Assembly (NCBI GenBank): GCA_022842645.1
Contig: JALHPE010000001.1
Location: forward strand, 71,711 to 135,710
DNA: 64,000 nt
Source: Minisyncoccota bacterium
GTDB taxonomy: Bacteria > Patescibacteriota > Minisyncoccia > Phycocordibacterales > UBA2100
Direction of reading: 5' to 3'
Shown here: one piece after another, positions 19,254 to 29,223 of the stretch
How the letters are laid out: each line of letters begins with the position of its first letter
Position numbering within the stretch: position 1 is the first letter of the stretch
Position numbers and translations under genes: made by a program
The notes under the pieces: generated by a model
Told to the model about the DNA's origin: nothing
The model's database searches: none
What the model saw: only the letters and a program-made list of their open reading frames with translations

Positions 19254-20399
19254 ATGTTTTCCTTCAAAATACTCAAACGCTCAAAAAAGAGCCGGGCGCG
19301 GCTTGGGGTGATTTCCACGCCGCACGGCGAAGTGGAGACTCCCTCGTTCATTCCTGTTGCAACGCGCGCCACCGTGCGCACACTTGATAGCGATGAAATC
19401 GCGGAAGTGGGTTCGCAGATGCTCATTGCAAACACGTATCACCTTATGGTGGCTCCGGGAGAAAAGACAGTCCAAAAAGGCGGCGGTGTTCACGGTTACA
19501 TGCACTGGAAAAAGCCGCTCATGACTGATTCGGGTGGTTTTCAAGTGTTTAGCTTAGGGTTCGGACGCGATCACGGTGTTGGAAAAATTCTGAAAGACGA
19601 GAAAGATCGTCATATTGAGGGTGGTGCCCAACCGGTTTCAGTGAAGATCACGGAAGAAGGTGCACACTTCCGCTCCCCCATCGACGGTAAAGAACATTTT
19701 CTTTCCCCCAAAGTATCTGTAGGTATTCAGGAAAAACTTGGTGCAGACATTATCTTCGCGTTCGACGAATGCCCTTCCCCACTAGCAAACGAGGAGTACA
19801 TGCGCCGCTCGCTGGAAAAGACGCATCGCTGGGCGCAGGAATCGCTTGACGCACGAAAGAACGCGAAAAAGCAGGCAATGTATGGCATTGCGCAAGGTGG
19901 TGCTTTTAGACATCTGCGCAAAGAAAGTGCGCGCGCAATCGGAAGCATGGAGGGATTTGAAGGATTTGGTTTTGGTGGTGAATTTGGTTACGACAAGAAA
20001 CAGCTTGGGCGAGGTATTGCTGAAGTGGTGGATGAACTGCCGGAAGGAAAGCCCCGCCACGTGCTCGGCATTGGTCACCCCGAAGATTTCCCTATCATCG
20101 CAAAAAGTGGCGGCGACACGTTCGACTGCATTGCGCCGACACACTATGCGCGTCGCGGTGTCATATTTACGTCGAAAGGCAGGATTGACTTGCGCAAGCC
20201 TCGTTTTCTCAAAGATTGGAAGCCCTTGGATAGCGCGTGTAAATGCATGATCTGCAAAAACTATTCGCGCTCGTACGTTTCGCATCTTCTGCGCGGCCAT
20301 GAGATCACCGGCCTCAAACTCGCCACCTATCACAACCTCTTTTTCTTTAATGCTCTTGCGGCAACAATGCGCAAACGTATAAAAAATGGTGATATTTGA
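19254..20399 (+). CDS. tgt: tRNA-guanine transglycosylase
   Basis: ANTYHL, TDSGGFQ, FDECP, QGG, FDC, CxCxxC and HNL zinc site. Confidence 0.95.
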   Translation: MFSFKILKRSKKSRARLGVISTPHGEVETPSFIPVATRATVRTLDSDEIAEVGSQMLIANTYHLMVAPGEKTVQKGGGVHGYMHWKKPLMTDSGGFQVFSLGFGRDHGVGKILKDEKDRHIEGGAQPVSVKITEEGAHFRSPIDGKEHFLSPKVSVGIQEKLGADIIFAFDECPSPLANEEYMRRSLEKTHRWAQESLDARKNAKKQAMYGIAQGGAFRHLRKESARAIGSMEGFEGFGFGGEFGYDKKQLGRGIAEVVDELPEGKPRHVLGIGHPEDFPIIAKSGGDTFDCIAPTHYARRGVIFTSKGRIDLRKPRFLKDWKPLDSACKCMICKNYSRSYVSHLLRGHEITGLKLATYHNLFFFNALAATMRKRIKNGDI

Positions 20400-20473
20400 T
20401 GTTGCGAATAACTTGCTTTTTGTTTTAATGGTTGTATAATAAATGCAGTCTCCACCAGCAGAAAGGATCGCCA

Positions 20474-20776
20474 ATGGCGAAACGAAGCAAGTCCAAAAAT
20501 CCAAAACCTTCCAAAGACCCCCGCATGGACAATGCGTACATGGCGTGGGTCGACGATGTGCGGCGAGCGGTAAAAACGCTCCTTGAAAAGAGCGGGAAAA
20601 CGCCACGCGAGGTCGCAACCGATGCGAAAGTATGCTTCACAACGTTGAAGAACTTCGTGAACGGTAAGACCATGGCACCGCGTGCGGATACCCTTTTCGG
20701 GCTCACGCATGCGCTCGGGATCCCGTTCGGGGTTCCAGAATCGTTTAAGAGAAGACACAAGATCGGAGGACGGTGA
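20474..20776 (+). CDS. Small XRE-like HTH protein
   Basis: TPREVATDAKVCFTTLKNFVNGKT..PRADTL; TATAAT and AAAGGA upstream. Confidence 0.7.
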   Translation: MAKRSKSKNPKPSKDPRMDNAYMAWVDDVRRAVKTLLEKSGKTPREVATDAKVCFTTLKNFVNGKTMAPRADTLFGLTHALGIPFGVPESFKRRHKIGGR

Positions 20777-20800
20777 GACAACAGCGACAGCTGTTTTACT

Positions 20801-20828
20801 TCGGCGCGAAGCGTAAGCTTCGCGCCGA
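20801..20828. terminator. Hairpin between convergent genes
   Basis: 12-bp stem with a GTAA (GNRA) loop. Confidence 0.6.
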
Positions 20829-20831
20829 TCT

Positions 20832-22322
20832 TTATTCAGCTGATCCCATTTCAAATCCCACAATCACCTGCATACCGGGCTTCAAGCGGTCATCTGGCTT
20901 CGGAAAACTAATTGTTGCTTCGAAAACAACGATGCCATCCTCGTCTTTCTTCCCTACTGCGTCCATTTCCTTCACTACACCGGGAACTGAAATGTCGGTT
21001 CCTTCTACTGACACAAGCACGCGGGTACCCACATTCACGCGCGCAGCTTCCCCTTGCATGAGGGTGATGTGCACGTTCTCTTCGCTTGCAACAAGGAGCG
21101 CAACAGTCTCGCCGTCATCAACATACTGCGCCGCGCGTTTGTCGAGACGTGCAATCGTGCCCGCAAATGGTGCATGCAATTCATAGTATGCAAGACGCGC
21201 CTGTGCTTCTTCAAGAGCGAGTTCGGCGCGCTGTATTTCAAGCGCAGCGCTCTCGGGGGATGAGACTTCGATCGACGCTTCACCGCTCAAAACTGCACGC
21301 GCCGCCTCCACCAAAGAACGCGTACCGCCTACGATACTTTCTTGATCGCGCACCTGGGCACTATAATTTGCCAAAGACTCTTCGTAGATTTCAAACACTG
21401 ACGGGGCGGCATACCCGAACGACCCACGGTGTTTTTTTATAAATGAAAATAATTCTTCGGTCGCATCGAAAGCATTTCCCAGCGTTTGAAGCATCTCATG
21501 AGTCGTGATGATAAGACGTTCTCGCTCAGAATCGCTTGGATTTGGTTCTCTATGAAATAATGCGAATGCGGACTCGTACGCACGCTTTGCTTTAATATAT
21601 TCGTCTCCGGCACGCGCAATGAGGGGACTAATCGCTTCATTGTCAGCCTCAATAGTGCCCGCGTGTGCCATCAGATAATCACTTTCGTCTCCAAATCCTC
21701 CTCCGCCGTAGAGCATGCCCGAGAGTCCCGAAACCACGTCGGGAAGAAGAGGGAGTATGCCGGTAATTTCTTGGTGTCCTTCAATGAGCGCAATCCCAAG
21801 TTGCGCAGATGCCTCGTTGCGTGTCGCAGAATCAAGAGAAAGTGCAGAAACAGCGGCACTTGCATTCAAGCGCGCAGAAAGTCGCGCGGCTGCAAGAGAT
21901 ATCTCTGCAGAACGCACCAAACGACGCATATCGGTATCATCAAGACGCAGAATGACGCCATCCGCGTCGACAGAATCACCAACGCGCAGCGTTTCTTCTA
22001 TAACTCCGCCAGTATGCACTGAAAGCGCAAGCTCGCGCGCCGACACAACCTCCCCTTCCACAGAAATACCGGAAAGGACGATGGGGTTTTCTTGAATAAC
22101 TACCGACCCACTCACTGCCGCAAGGAGTGCCGAACGGAGCGCGCCAAGATTTTCAGCCCCGGCGAATGCATATACCGTCCCCACTCCAAAAACGCCAATC
22201 CCAAGAGCCACTGCCACACGAGCGGCGTAGGTGATATGCGCATAGCGATCTAAAAGGTTCTTTGCCCTGATACCGAATGCACGCCCTTGTTTCTGAAGCG
22301 CTTTAATGTGTGGGAGCCGCAT
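20832..22322 (-). CDS. HlyD/MacA-like periplasmic adaptor
   Basis: VGDSV lipoyl half, long coiled coil, LHAPFAGTI, LKPGMQV. Confidence 0.85.
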   Translation of the reverse strand: MRLPHIKALQKQGRAFGIRAKNLLDRYAHITYAARVAVALGIGVFGVGTVYAFAGAENLGALRSALLAAVSGSVVIQENPIVLSGISVEGEVVSARELALSVHTGGVIEETLRVGDSVDADGVILRLDDTDMRRLVRSAEISLAAARLSARLNASAAVSALSLDSATRNEASAQLGIALIEGHQEITGILPLLPDVVSGLSGMLYGGGGFGDESDYLMAHAGTIEADNEAISPLIARAGDEYIKAKRAYESAFALFHREPNPSDSERERLIITTHEMLQTLGNAFDATEELFSFIKKHRGSFGYAAPSVFEIYEESLANYSAQVRDQESIVGGTRSLVEAARAVLSGEASIEVSSPESAALEIQRAELALEEAQARLAYYELHAPFAGTIARLDKRAAQYVDDGETVALLVASEENVHITLMQGEAARVNVGTRVLVSVEGTDISVPGVVKEMDAVGKKDEDGIVVFEATISFPKPDDRLKPGMQVIVGFEMGSAE

Positions 22323-22425
22323 AAAAGGGGCTCTGCGCTTTGGTTTCCTTCAGCCTATTCTCTCCTTTAATAGACTCGGGCGATATGCGAAACCTGTGGA
22401 TAGCGTGGGGATTATATTTATAAAG

Positions 22426-22455
22426 AAGTACCCGGACTACCTAGTCCGGGTACTT
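22426..22455 (-). terminator. Hairpin downstream of the 22457-22747 gene
   Basis: 14-bp inverted repeat AAGTACCCGGACTA-cc-TAGTCCGGGTACTT. Confidence 0.6.
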
Positions 22456-22456
22456 T

Positions 22457-22747
22457 TTAGACGCCACATTCGCCATTCCCCTCGCGTCCTATTCGGGAAA
22501 AAAGTTCGAGGAGCTCGAGTGTAGGCGAACGACCGCATTCCCTGTTCGGAAACACCCGGCTTCGGAACGGGAAATACTGCTCTATGTTTTTCAACGTAGA
22601 AACTATTTTGAGTACCTCCAACACAGACAGAATATCGTTCTCATCATCAACGGGCGTGTTTTCGATGAGCGTAATCCAACGCCCATGTATCTCTCGGCTG
22701 ATTGCCCATCTTCCGCCCACAATGGGTGGCAAGTATCTCTCGTCCAT
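22457..22747 (-). CDS. Hypothetical protein
   Basis: 96-aa ORF with an AAGGAG SD and a downstream hairpin. Confidence 0.6.
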   Translation of the reverse strand: MDERYLPPIVGGRWAISREIHGRWITLIENTPVDDENDILSVLEVLKIVSTLKNIEQYFPFRSRVFPNRECGRSPTLELLELFSRIGREGNGECGV

Positions 22748-22769
22748 TCTGTACTCCTTTCAAAGAACG

Positions 22770-22878
22770 AAAAGAGCCCGCTTGAAGGCGGGCTCTGGTC
22801 TGGATTTTTGTGTTAGTGTCCAAACCGCAACCCACCTTCCGGGGCTTCGACGAGGACGAGTACAGTTGCACATGTCAT
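22770..22878 (-). promoter_or_regulatory. Candidate leader-peptide attenuator
   Basis: 21-aa uORF MTCATVLVLVEAPEGGLRFGH (22813-22878), then terminator AGAGCCCGC/GCGGGCTCT+TTT (22770-22796); GGTGGGTT can pair with AGCCCGCC. Confidence 0.5.
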
Positions 22879-22902
22879 AGAATGTTTATATCACAAAACA
22901 GA

Positions 22903-23139
22903 TTATGCACCAGGGTGGTGCTGAGGACCCTCATGCTTCACTTCCACACGTGGCGCGAGTGGGACAATGAAAAGCGCGAGGATGTAGGCGATAACCCCAG
23001 GGAAAACGCCGGTGAAGATAACAATGAGAAGCCACGCGAGGCGAATTGCAGTTGCGTCCACGGAGAAATACTCAGCAATCCCGCCGCAGAGTCCCGCGAT
23101 CATCTTGTTAGTCTCTGAGCGATAGAGCTTTTTCTGCAT
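22903..23139 (-). CDS. pspC: PspC-domain protein
   Basis: [23 protein letters not shown]. Confidence 0.9.
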   Translation of the reverse strand: MQKKLYRSETNKMIAGLCGGIAEYFSVDATAIRLAWLLIVIFTGVFPGVIAYILALFIVPLAPRVEVKHEGPQHHPGA

Positions 23140-23143
23140 ATAC

Positions 23144-23578
23144 TTATTCTATGCCAAATACTATCTTTGTACACTCGGCCTGATCGTGCACAAGCGGCAT
23201 CGCTAATGACTCTTCAGGAGTGACCCACTGAAACGCCTGATGCTCAGTAGGGCTTAGTGCGATCGCAGGCTCTTCTGCGGCGGAAAGTGTGAACATGTGG
23301 TACTCAAAGTCCTTCCCTGCATGCCGCACAAAAATCGAATCACAAAGCGTAAGGTCGCGCTCATTCACCTCCAGACCTGTTTCCTCACGCAACTCGCGCA
23401 TCATTGCATGCACAATACTCTCCTGCGATTCTTTTTTTCCTGCAGGAAGTCCCCACAAGCCACCGTTTGGCTTGTGTTCATGGCGATGCAGAAGTAAGAA
23501 ACGACCGTCCCATACTACAAAACAACCAACAACATCAACTTCTTTATTGAAATCACTTGGAGGTGCCCGAAAAAGCAT
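23144..23578 (-). CDS. NUDIX hydrolase
   Basis: WGLPAG..E......RELREETGL Nudix box. Confidence 0.9.
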   Translation of the reverse strand: MLFRAPPSDFNKEVDVVGCFVVWDGRFLLLHRHEHKPNGGLWGLPAGKKESQESIVHAMMRELREETGLEVNERDLTLCDSIFVRHAGKDFEYHMFTLSAAEEPAIALSPTEHQAFQWVTPEESLAMPLVHDQAECTKIVFGIE

Positions 23579-23580
23579 AT

Positions 23581-24633
23581 TTAGCCGAGCACTTGCGAGA
23601 GTGAGTGCGGGTGATTTTCTCGGAGAGATGTCGCTGAAATCCGAATGAACTCTGCGCGCTTCTGGAATTCCGTAACCGTTTTTGCACCGACGTACCCAAA
23701 TGAAACTTGGATGCCACCGACGAGCTGTTCGACCGCCGACGTAAGCGTACCCGTGTATGGCACGAGCCCAGCAACACCTTCGGGAATAATCTTCTTTGAT
23801 TTGCCGAGATAACGATCGTTGGAAACTCCTTTTTCAAGCACCGCACGCGAGCCCATCCCGCGGTATTCTTTAAATCGCCTCCCACCGTGCGTTACTAACT
23901 TCCCTGGCGCAGCATCGGTGCCCGCAAGGAGATTCCCAAGCATCACAGCAGAGGCACCTGCGGCAAGCGCTTTTGCAATATCACCCGATGTTCGGATGCC
24001 GCCATCAGCTATGACTGGAACGCCGTGCTTTTTTGCAACGCGCACGACATCCATGATGGCTGAAAGTTGCGGGACGCCGACGCCGGAGACAATTCGCGTC
24101 GTACAAATAGAGCCGGGGCCGATGCCCACTTTTATACCATCGGCAAACTTCACTAATTCACGCGCGGCCTCCGCGGTCGCAATATTCCCCACAAGGAGTG
24201 GCACATTCCCGATCGCGTTTTTAATCTTTTTTGACCCTTCGATCACATTTCTGTTGTGGCCATGTGCAGAGTCGACCGCGATAACATCCGCCCCCGCCGC
24301 AACGAGGAGCCTCGCGCGCTCGATATCAAATGGTGAACAGGCCGCGCCCACGCGGACACCTGCTTTCTTTGCCCTCTTCACCATACTCTCTTCTTCCGCG
24401 GCAGTATTTGAACGATGAAGAATGCAGAGCCCACCGAGTTTTCCGAGCGCAATTGCCATGCGCTCCCCACTCACCGTATCCATCGCGGCCGAGAGTATGG
24501 GAATATCAACAAAAAATCCGCATGCAATCGCGGTTTTCGTTTCTGCTTCGCGCGGCTCGATAGAACTCGCCGCGGGCTTAATGAGAACATCATCAAACGT
24601 TAATGCTTCACTATGAAAAATCCGTATACCCAT
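23581..24633 (-). CDS. guaB: IMP dehydrogenase (CBS-less) / GuaB-family
   Basis: [40 protein letters not shown]. Confidence 0.9.
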   Translation of the reverse strand: MGIRIFHSEALTFDDVLIKPAASSIEPREAETKTAIACGFFVDIPILSAAMDTVSGERMAIALGKLGGLCILHRSNTAAEEESMVKRAKKAGVRVGAACSPFDIERARLLVAAGADVIAVDSAHGHNRNVIEGSKKIKNAIGNVPLLVGNIATAEAARELVKFADGIKVGIGPGSICTTRIVSGVGVPQLSAIMDVVRVAKKHGVPVIADGGIRTSGDIAKALAAGASAVMLGNLLAGTDAAPGKLVTHGGRRFKEYRGMGSRAVLEKGVSNDRYLGKSKKIIPEGVAGLVPYTGTLTSAVEQLVGGIQVSFGYVGAKTVTEFQKRAEFIRISATSLRENHPHSLSQVLG

Positions 24634-24662
24634 GTGCAAGTGTAGCATGGGCACATACATGG

Positions 24663-25460
24663 TCAACTCACGGTTTCGGCGCTGTAGCGAGCGAGGAGGC
24701 CGGTGCGCACCGCGCGGCGGTACGTGCGGTAAAGCACGAGGTACGCAAGTGTGCAGTAGAAAAACGCGAGCAATATTCCTGGGATGAAATATGAGAATGA
24801 GACACCTCCCCCAGCTAACACGGTACGGAGTCCTTCAAACACATACGTCGAAGGTAATGCTGTTGCAACTACTTGCATCCACTCGGGCAACACAGTGATT
24901 GGATAAAACACACCCGCAAACGGCGCAATAATCGCGGGAAGCGGCCAAATAAACCACTCTGCGGATGGGCCAAAACGTAACACAATGGCAACGCCGAGAA
25001 TGCCGAGTGCGATACCCAAGAGAAACAGAGTGATAAGAAATGGAAACGCTGCGGCACCGTAGGAAAGAATGGAGAAATCAAATACGACACTCGCAAACAA
25101 GATAACCGCAGCAAAACTGATCGTCGTCGTAGCAATCGATGATGTGATCATGCCGAGCACATATTCAAATAGTGAAAGTGGTGAGGCAAAAATATTCAAG
25201 AAATTACGCGACCATACATCTTCGAAAAACGTGATGGTGACACCGTACATCGCGCGCACCAAAAACTCCCAGAGAATAATGCCCCCGAGAAACGCCACCG
25301 CAAATTGCGCCTCCGCAACATCGGCAAGATAGACGCTGATGAATCCCCAGAGCGTAATTTCAAGGAGCGACCATACGAAAAGCTGCGACAGTCGTGTGGG
25401 ATTGTGTCGAATAAGGTAATACTGCCTGAGGAGGATTCCTGAGATACGGGAGAGAGGCAT
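24663..25460 (-). CDS. ABC-2 type permease
   Basis: 6 TM helices, GVFYP..VLPEW..LPSTY; start ATG 1 nt after the ATPase stop. Confidence 0.9.
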   Translation of the reverse strand: MPLSRISGILLRQYYLIRHNPTRLSQLFVWSLLEITLWGFISVYLADVAEAQFAVAFLGGIILWEFLVRAMYGVTITFFEDVWSRNFLNIFASPLSLFEYVLGMITSSIATTTISFAAVILFASVVFDFSILSYGAAAFPFLITLFLLGIALGILGVAIVLRFGPSAEWFIWPLPAIIAPFAGVFYPITVLPEWMQVVATALPSTYVFEGLRTVLAGGGVSFSYFIPGILLAFFYCTLAYLVLYRTYRRAVRTGLLARYSAETVS

Positions 25461-25461
25461 A

Positions 25462-26196
25462 TTATTCAGAGAGCGAAAGTGGCTCGCGGGCGACGGTGAT
25501 AAAGAGTTCTTCAAGGTCTTTTTTAGCATACTCACCTGGAAGCGTACGCGGATCGCCCTCAAGGAGCACTGCGCCGTGAGAAACGAAGAGCACGCGGTGA
25601 CAAACCTCCGTCACCTCGTGCATATTGTGAGATGTCCATAACACAGCTCCCCCATTCTTTGCATACGTACGGATTTTTTCTCGCACAAGCTGCGCAGACG
25701 ACGGATCGAGTGACGCAGTGGGCTCGTCAAGAAGAAGAAGTTTTGGTTCATTGAGAAAAGCTTTTGCGAGTGCGACGCGCGTTTGTTCTCCGGAAGAGAG
25801 AACTCCCGCTTTTGTGTTTCGAAAACGCACAAGATCCATTTCTTTCAGCACGTGTTCGATACGATCTCTCAGATTGCGCACGGAGTAGATTCTTCCAAAC
25901 ACATTCATATTTTGCTCGACGGTGAGGTTCCCCGGAAGCTGCGCATAGACCGCCGCAAAGTTGGTAGCGTTTAGTGCCGCGGTGCGCTCAGTCTGAACAT
26001 TATGTCCATCAATGGTGATCGAACCTGCGCTCGGCTCGAGAATGCCGAGAATCATGCTGATCGTCGTTGTCTTTCCTGCACCATTTGGTCCCAGGAGACC
26101 AATGATTTCCCCTTTCGCAACGGTAAAAGATACCCCCCGAACCGCTTCGGTCTCGCCGTAACGTTTCTTGAGATCCGTAACTGCGAGAACAGACAT
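25462..26196 (-). CDS. ABC transporter ATP-binding protein
   Basis: GPNGAGKTT, LSSGE, LLLDEPT. Confidence 0.95.
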   Translation of the reverse strand: MSVLAVTDLKKRYGETEAVRGVSFTVAKGEIIGLLGPNGAGKTTTISMILGILEPSAGSITIDGHNVQTERTAALNATNFAAVYAQLPGNLTVEQNMNVFGRIYSVRNLRDRIEHVLKEMDLVRFRNTKAGVLSSGEQTRVALAKAFLNEPKLLLLDEPTASLDPSSAQLVREKIRTYAKNGGAVLWTSHNMHEVTEVCHRVLFVSHGAVLLEGDPRTLPGEYAKKDLEELFITVAREPLSLSE

Positions 26197-26205
26197 CGAT
26201 ACATT

Positions 26206-27177
26206 CTATCTCAAACGCTTCGTTCGAACGAGTTTCCAGTGTTCACCTGCACCAAAAAGAAGGAGGAGCACGACTGCCGCAAAGTGCGGCACATGCCCTG
26301 CAAGCTCAATTGGACCGAGCAAGAAGAGCGGTATGCTGAAGAACACCGCAACGACAAGTGCGTTTAAGCGGGTAACAATCCCGAGTATGAAGATGAGTCC
26401 GAAAAGCGCTTCAACGGAACCCGCAGAAAGTACGAAGAGGTAATCGCTATATCCAGTAAATCCGAGGTGCTGCATGAAATTCCAATCATATTGTTGAAGA
26501 AAATTGGCACCAAATTCAGGAGCGAGAATTTTTTCAGTAAATCCTAGAACGAGGAGTGTTGCGCCCGTGCCAAGCCGAAGAAGCGGAAGAGCATAGGAGT
26601 GATAGGGTTTTGCGAGATGTGCAAGAATACGTACTTTTACAATACTGAAATAGTCGTTCCCCATGATAAAAATGAATGCGGCACTTCCAAGTACCCAGAT
26701 GTCTTCGAGCATAGGCACGAGCCCAACCGCAAAAACACACAAGAGCCACAATCCCCCGAGAAGCAACGCACTCACGCGCGCGAAGATGCCGAGAAGAAAT
26801 GAGAGTCCGAGCACAAACTGAAAAATAATAAGAACTGGCGGGATGCCGTCTTGATGAGAGAGATTGGGCGAAAAAAGATAGTCGTGTGTCGCAGCGATCA
26901 TGAGGAATGAACCAACAACCATGGAGAAGGTTGAGGCCGCGCGCTCAAAAGCATGCGACGCCTTCGGTCGTAGGAAATTAAACTGAAATACCTGCTTGTG
27001 CTCGAGCCACACACCCACGGCGACAATGAATGCCGCTATAAGCGCCCACACGGTAAGATAGAGCGCGGTGGGTTCTGTTGTTGTAAGCGGCGCAAGCGAT
27101 CCGTGCGCAAACCAACGCGTGTGTGCGAACGCAAATCCTGGCAGTATAAGGACCGAGAGCGCGAACAAAAGACGCAT
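26206..27177 (-). CDS. DoxX-like polytopic membrane protein
   Basis: AHTRWF after the signal, two DoxX-like repeats, ELAGHVP; alternative start at 27195. Confidence 0.75.
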   Translation of the reverse strand: MRLLFALSVLILPGFAFAHTRWFAHGSLAPLTTTEPTALYLTVWALIAAFIVAVGVWLEHKQVFQFNFLRPKASHAFERAASTFSMVVGSFLMIAATHDYLFSPNLSHQDGIPPVLIIFQFVLGLSFLLGIFARVSALLLGGLWLLCVFAVGLVPMLEDIWVLGSAAFIFIMGNDYFSIVKVRILAHLAKPYHSYALPLLRLGTGATLLVLGFTEKILAPEFGANFLQQYDWNFMQHLGFTGYSDYLFVLSAGSVEALFGLIFILGIVTRLNALVVAVFFSIPLFLLGPIELAGHVPHFAAVVLLLLFGAGEHWKLVRTKRLR

Positions 27178-27228
27178 GTGCCCATTCTCGCGCATTTTAG
27201 GCTTTGGTGCTTGTGGTATGTGTGGAAA

Positions 27229-28626
27229 TCATTTCGTGAGCCCATACGCCCTGAGAGCGCGATCGCGCGCTTCGGCGTGAATGACGATGCGTTCCGGGTA
27301 TCCCGCAGGAAGTCCTTCCGGAGATTCCCAGGGTTCGTGGATGTATTTTGTAGGCACACTGTGGAGCTCCGGTATCCATTTTTTGACATATGCACCATCG
27401 GAGTCAAATTTCTTTCCTTGGAGTGTCGGGTTAAAGATGCGGAAATAAGGCGCCGCATCCGCGCCGCATCCCGCGACCCACTGCCAACTCGCGGAATTAT
27501 TGCCAATATCCGCGTCTACAAGTGCGTCCCAAAACCATTTCTCACCCTCAGTCCAGTTGATAAGAAGGTCTTTGATAAGAAATGAGGCGGTGATCATGCG
27601 CACGCGGTTGTGCATGTAGCCTGTCGCCCAAAGCTCGCGCATCCCAGCATCCACTATCGGATATCCGGTCATCCCCTTTTGCCAAGCACGAAGGTTTTTT
27701 GGATCATGCGCCCAGGTGAATTTTGTAAATTGCTTTTGGAGCGGCACACGCGGCATGTCGGGGTGTTCATTGAGAAGGTGATAGGAAAATTCGCGCCAGA
27801 GTATTTCTTTCAGGAACGTGGTGCCGCCCTCGTGCGCGCCCGCGGAGCGGGCGCGCGCTTCCCCCTCCTTCCACACCGTGCGCACACTCACTTCACCGCA
27901 ATGAAGATGCGGCGAGAGTCGGGAGGTTGCCCCCAGACTCGGCACGTCGCGTCCGGTTTTGTATTCATGCACACGCGTATCGAGAAAGTGGGCGAGTCGT
28001 TTATGTGCACCCACTTCGCCCGGCTCCCAGAGATCCCAAAATCCGACATCCCACTTCGGCTTCGTGGGAATCAACTGCCACTCGCTCAATGTTTCTGAAG
28101 ATGGAAATGAGTGGGGTGCAGGAATCCCTTGAGGTTTTGGAAGTGGCTCTTCAATATCCTTCGCCGCGTCAAAACATGCGCGCGAAAACGGCGTGTACAC
28201 ATGAAAGGTCTTCCCTGCCCCCGTGCGAATACGCTCGGGTTCAAAGAGAAGCTGCCCGGGATGCTCAATGAGCGCAACGTCGGGAAGCATTTCCCGAATA
28301 CGCTCACTCCTTGCGTGCGCCCACGGCGCATACTCCTTCTGCGCATGAATCTCGATCGCGCCCGTTTCGTCGGCAAGCGCGCGCAGCACCTCCTCCGCCT
28401 TCCCGCGCCGGAGAATAAGCTGCGAGCCGTTTGCCTTGAGCGCCGCATCGAGGGAAAGAAGCGAATGGTGGAGCCACGCACGTGAGGCGCTTCCCATTTT
28501 CCACTCCGCCGGCGTTTCGTCGTCCAGAATATAGAGCGGAATCACGGCGCCGCCTTTGCAGGCGGCGCGGAGTGCCTCGTTATCCGCGAGGCGGAGATTG
28601 TGTTCGAGCCAGAGAATTGAAGTCAT
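27229..28626 (-). CDS. phrB: Deoxyribodipyrimidine photolyase (class I CPD)
   Basis: NLRLADN, TSRLSPHL, WREF, GMTGYPIVDAGMREL, GYMHNR, DAAPYFRIFNP; start 7 nt after TACACT. Confidence 0.95.
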   Translation of the reverse strand: MTSILWLEHNLRLADNEALRAACKGGAVIPLYILDDETPAEWKMGSASRAWLHHSLLSLDAALKANGSQLILRRGKAEEVLRALADETGAIEIHAQKEYAPWAHARSERIREMLPDVALIEHPGQLLFEPERIRTGAGKTFHVYTPFSRACFDAAKDIEEPLPKPQGIPAPHSFPSSETLSEWQLIPTKPKWDVGFWDLWEPGEVGAHKRLAHFLDTRVHEYKTGRDVPSLGATSRLSPHLHCGEVSVRTVWKEGEARARSAGAHEGGTTFLKEILWREFSYHLLNEHPDMPRVPLQKQFTKFTWAHDPKNLRAWQKGMTGYPIVDAGMRELWATGYMHNRVRMITASFLIKDLLINWTEGEKWFWDALVDADIGNNSASWQWVAGCGADAAPYFRIFNPTLQGKKFDSDGAYVKKWIPELHSVPTKYIHEPWESPEGLPAGYPERIVIHAEARDRALRAYGLTK

Positions 28627-28685
28627 CCCGCACAGTGTACGTGCGATGAGCGTCTTCATGCAACTTTATATGCTACAGTGCCGCG

Positions 28686-29213
28686 ATGCTTGCGCGCTAC
28701 AAATTCTCTCTCCTCTACCTTCTCGCGGTATTGGTCGTGATGGTGGGCTTCAATAATTATCCCCTACTCATCCCGATACCATTTAGTGAGGAAACGTTCT
28801 CGTTCTGGGCAATTGTCGTTGGCGCGTGGTTTATCTTGCGCGATTTCGCACAGCGAGAGATCGGGCACAAAGTGCTTTTTCTCATGTCACTCGTCGTGCT
28901 TCTCGGTCTCTATTTCGCTTCGCCGGGATATGTTATCGCAAGCGTCGGAGCCATGTTTTTGAGCGAGATTCTCGACTATCTCATTTTTACACTCCAGCGC
29001 GGCTCGTTTGCGCAGAGGGTCATACGCAGTAGCGTCGCTGCATCGTTCGTTGATACCCTCGCGTTTTTTTACCTTGCCGACATCTTTTTGCCAGAGAAAG
29101 GTTTTTTACTCTTCACGCCAGCAACCATCATTGCGGAGACGATCGCGAAGATTACCGCTATTGCCATTTGGTACTACTGGCTCGGCGGTAAGGAGAGAGC
29201 CGGCGGGCGCTAA
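28686..29213 (+). CDS. VUT/YhhQ-family (queuosine precursor) transporter
   Basis: FILRDFAQREIG, ASVGA.FLSE.LD, RV..SS......DT..F. Confidence 0.8.
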   Translation: MLARYKFSLLYLLAVLVVMVGFNNYPLLIPIPFSEETFSFWAIVVGAWFILRDFAQREIGHKVLFLMSLVVLLGLYFASPGYVIASVGAMFLSEILDYLIFTLQRGSFAQRVIRSSVAASFVDTLAFFYLADIFLPEKGFLLFTPATIIAETIAKITAIAIWYYWLGGKERAGGR

Positions 29214-29223
29214 CGTGCGCTAC

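Noticed and set aside
19782-20863. Long antisense ORFs (e.g. 19782-20618, 3465-4157, 29779-30474)
   Set aside because: Shadow frames of strongly supported genes on the opposite strand
23581-24633. CBS-less IMPDH as a novelty
   Set aside because: Loss of the CBS subdomain is well known in this family
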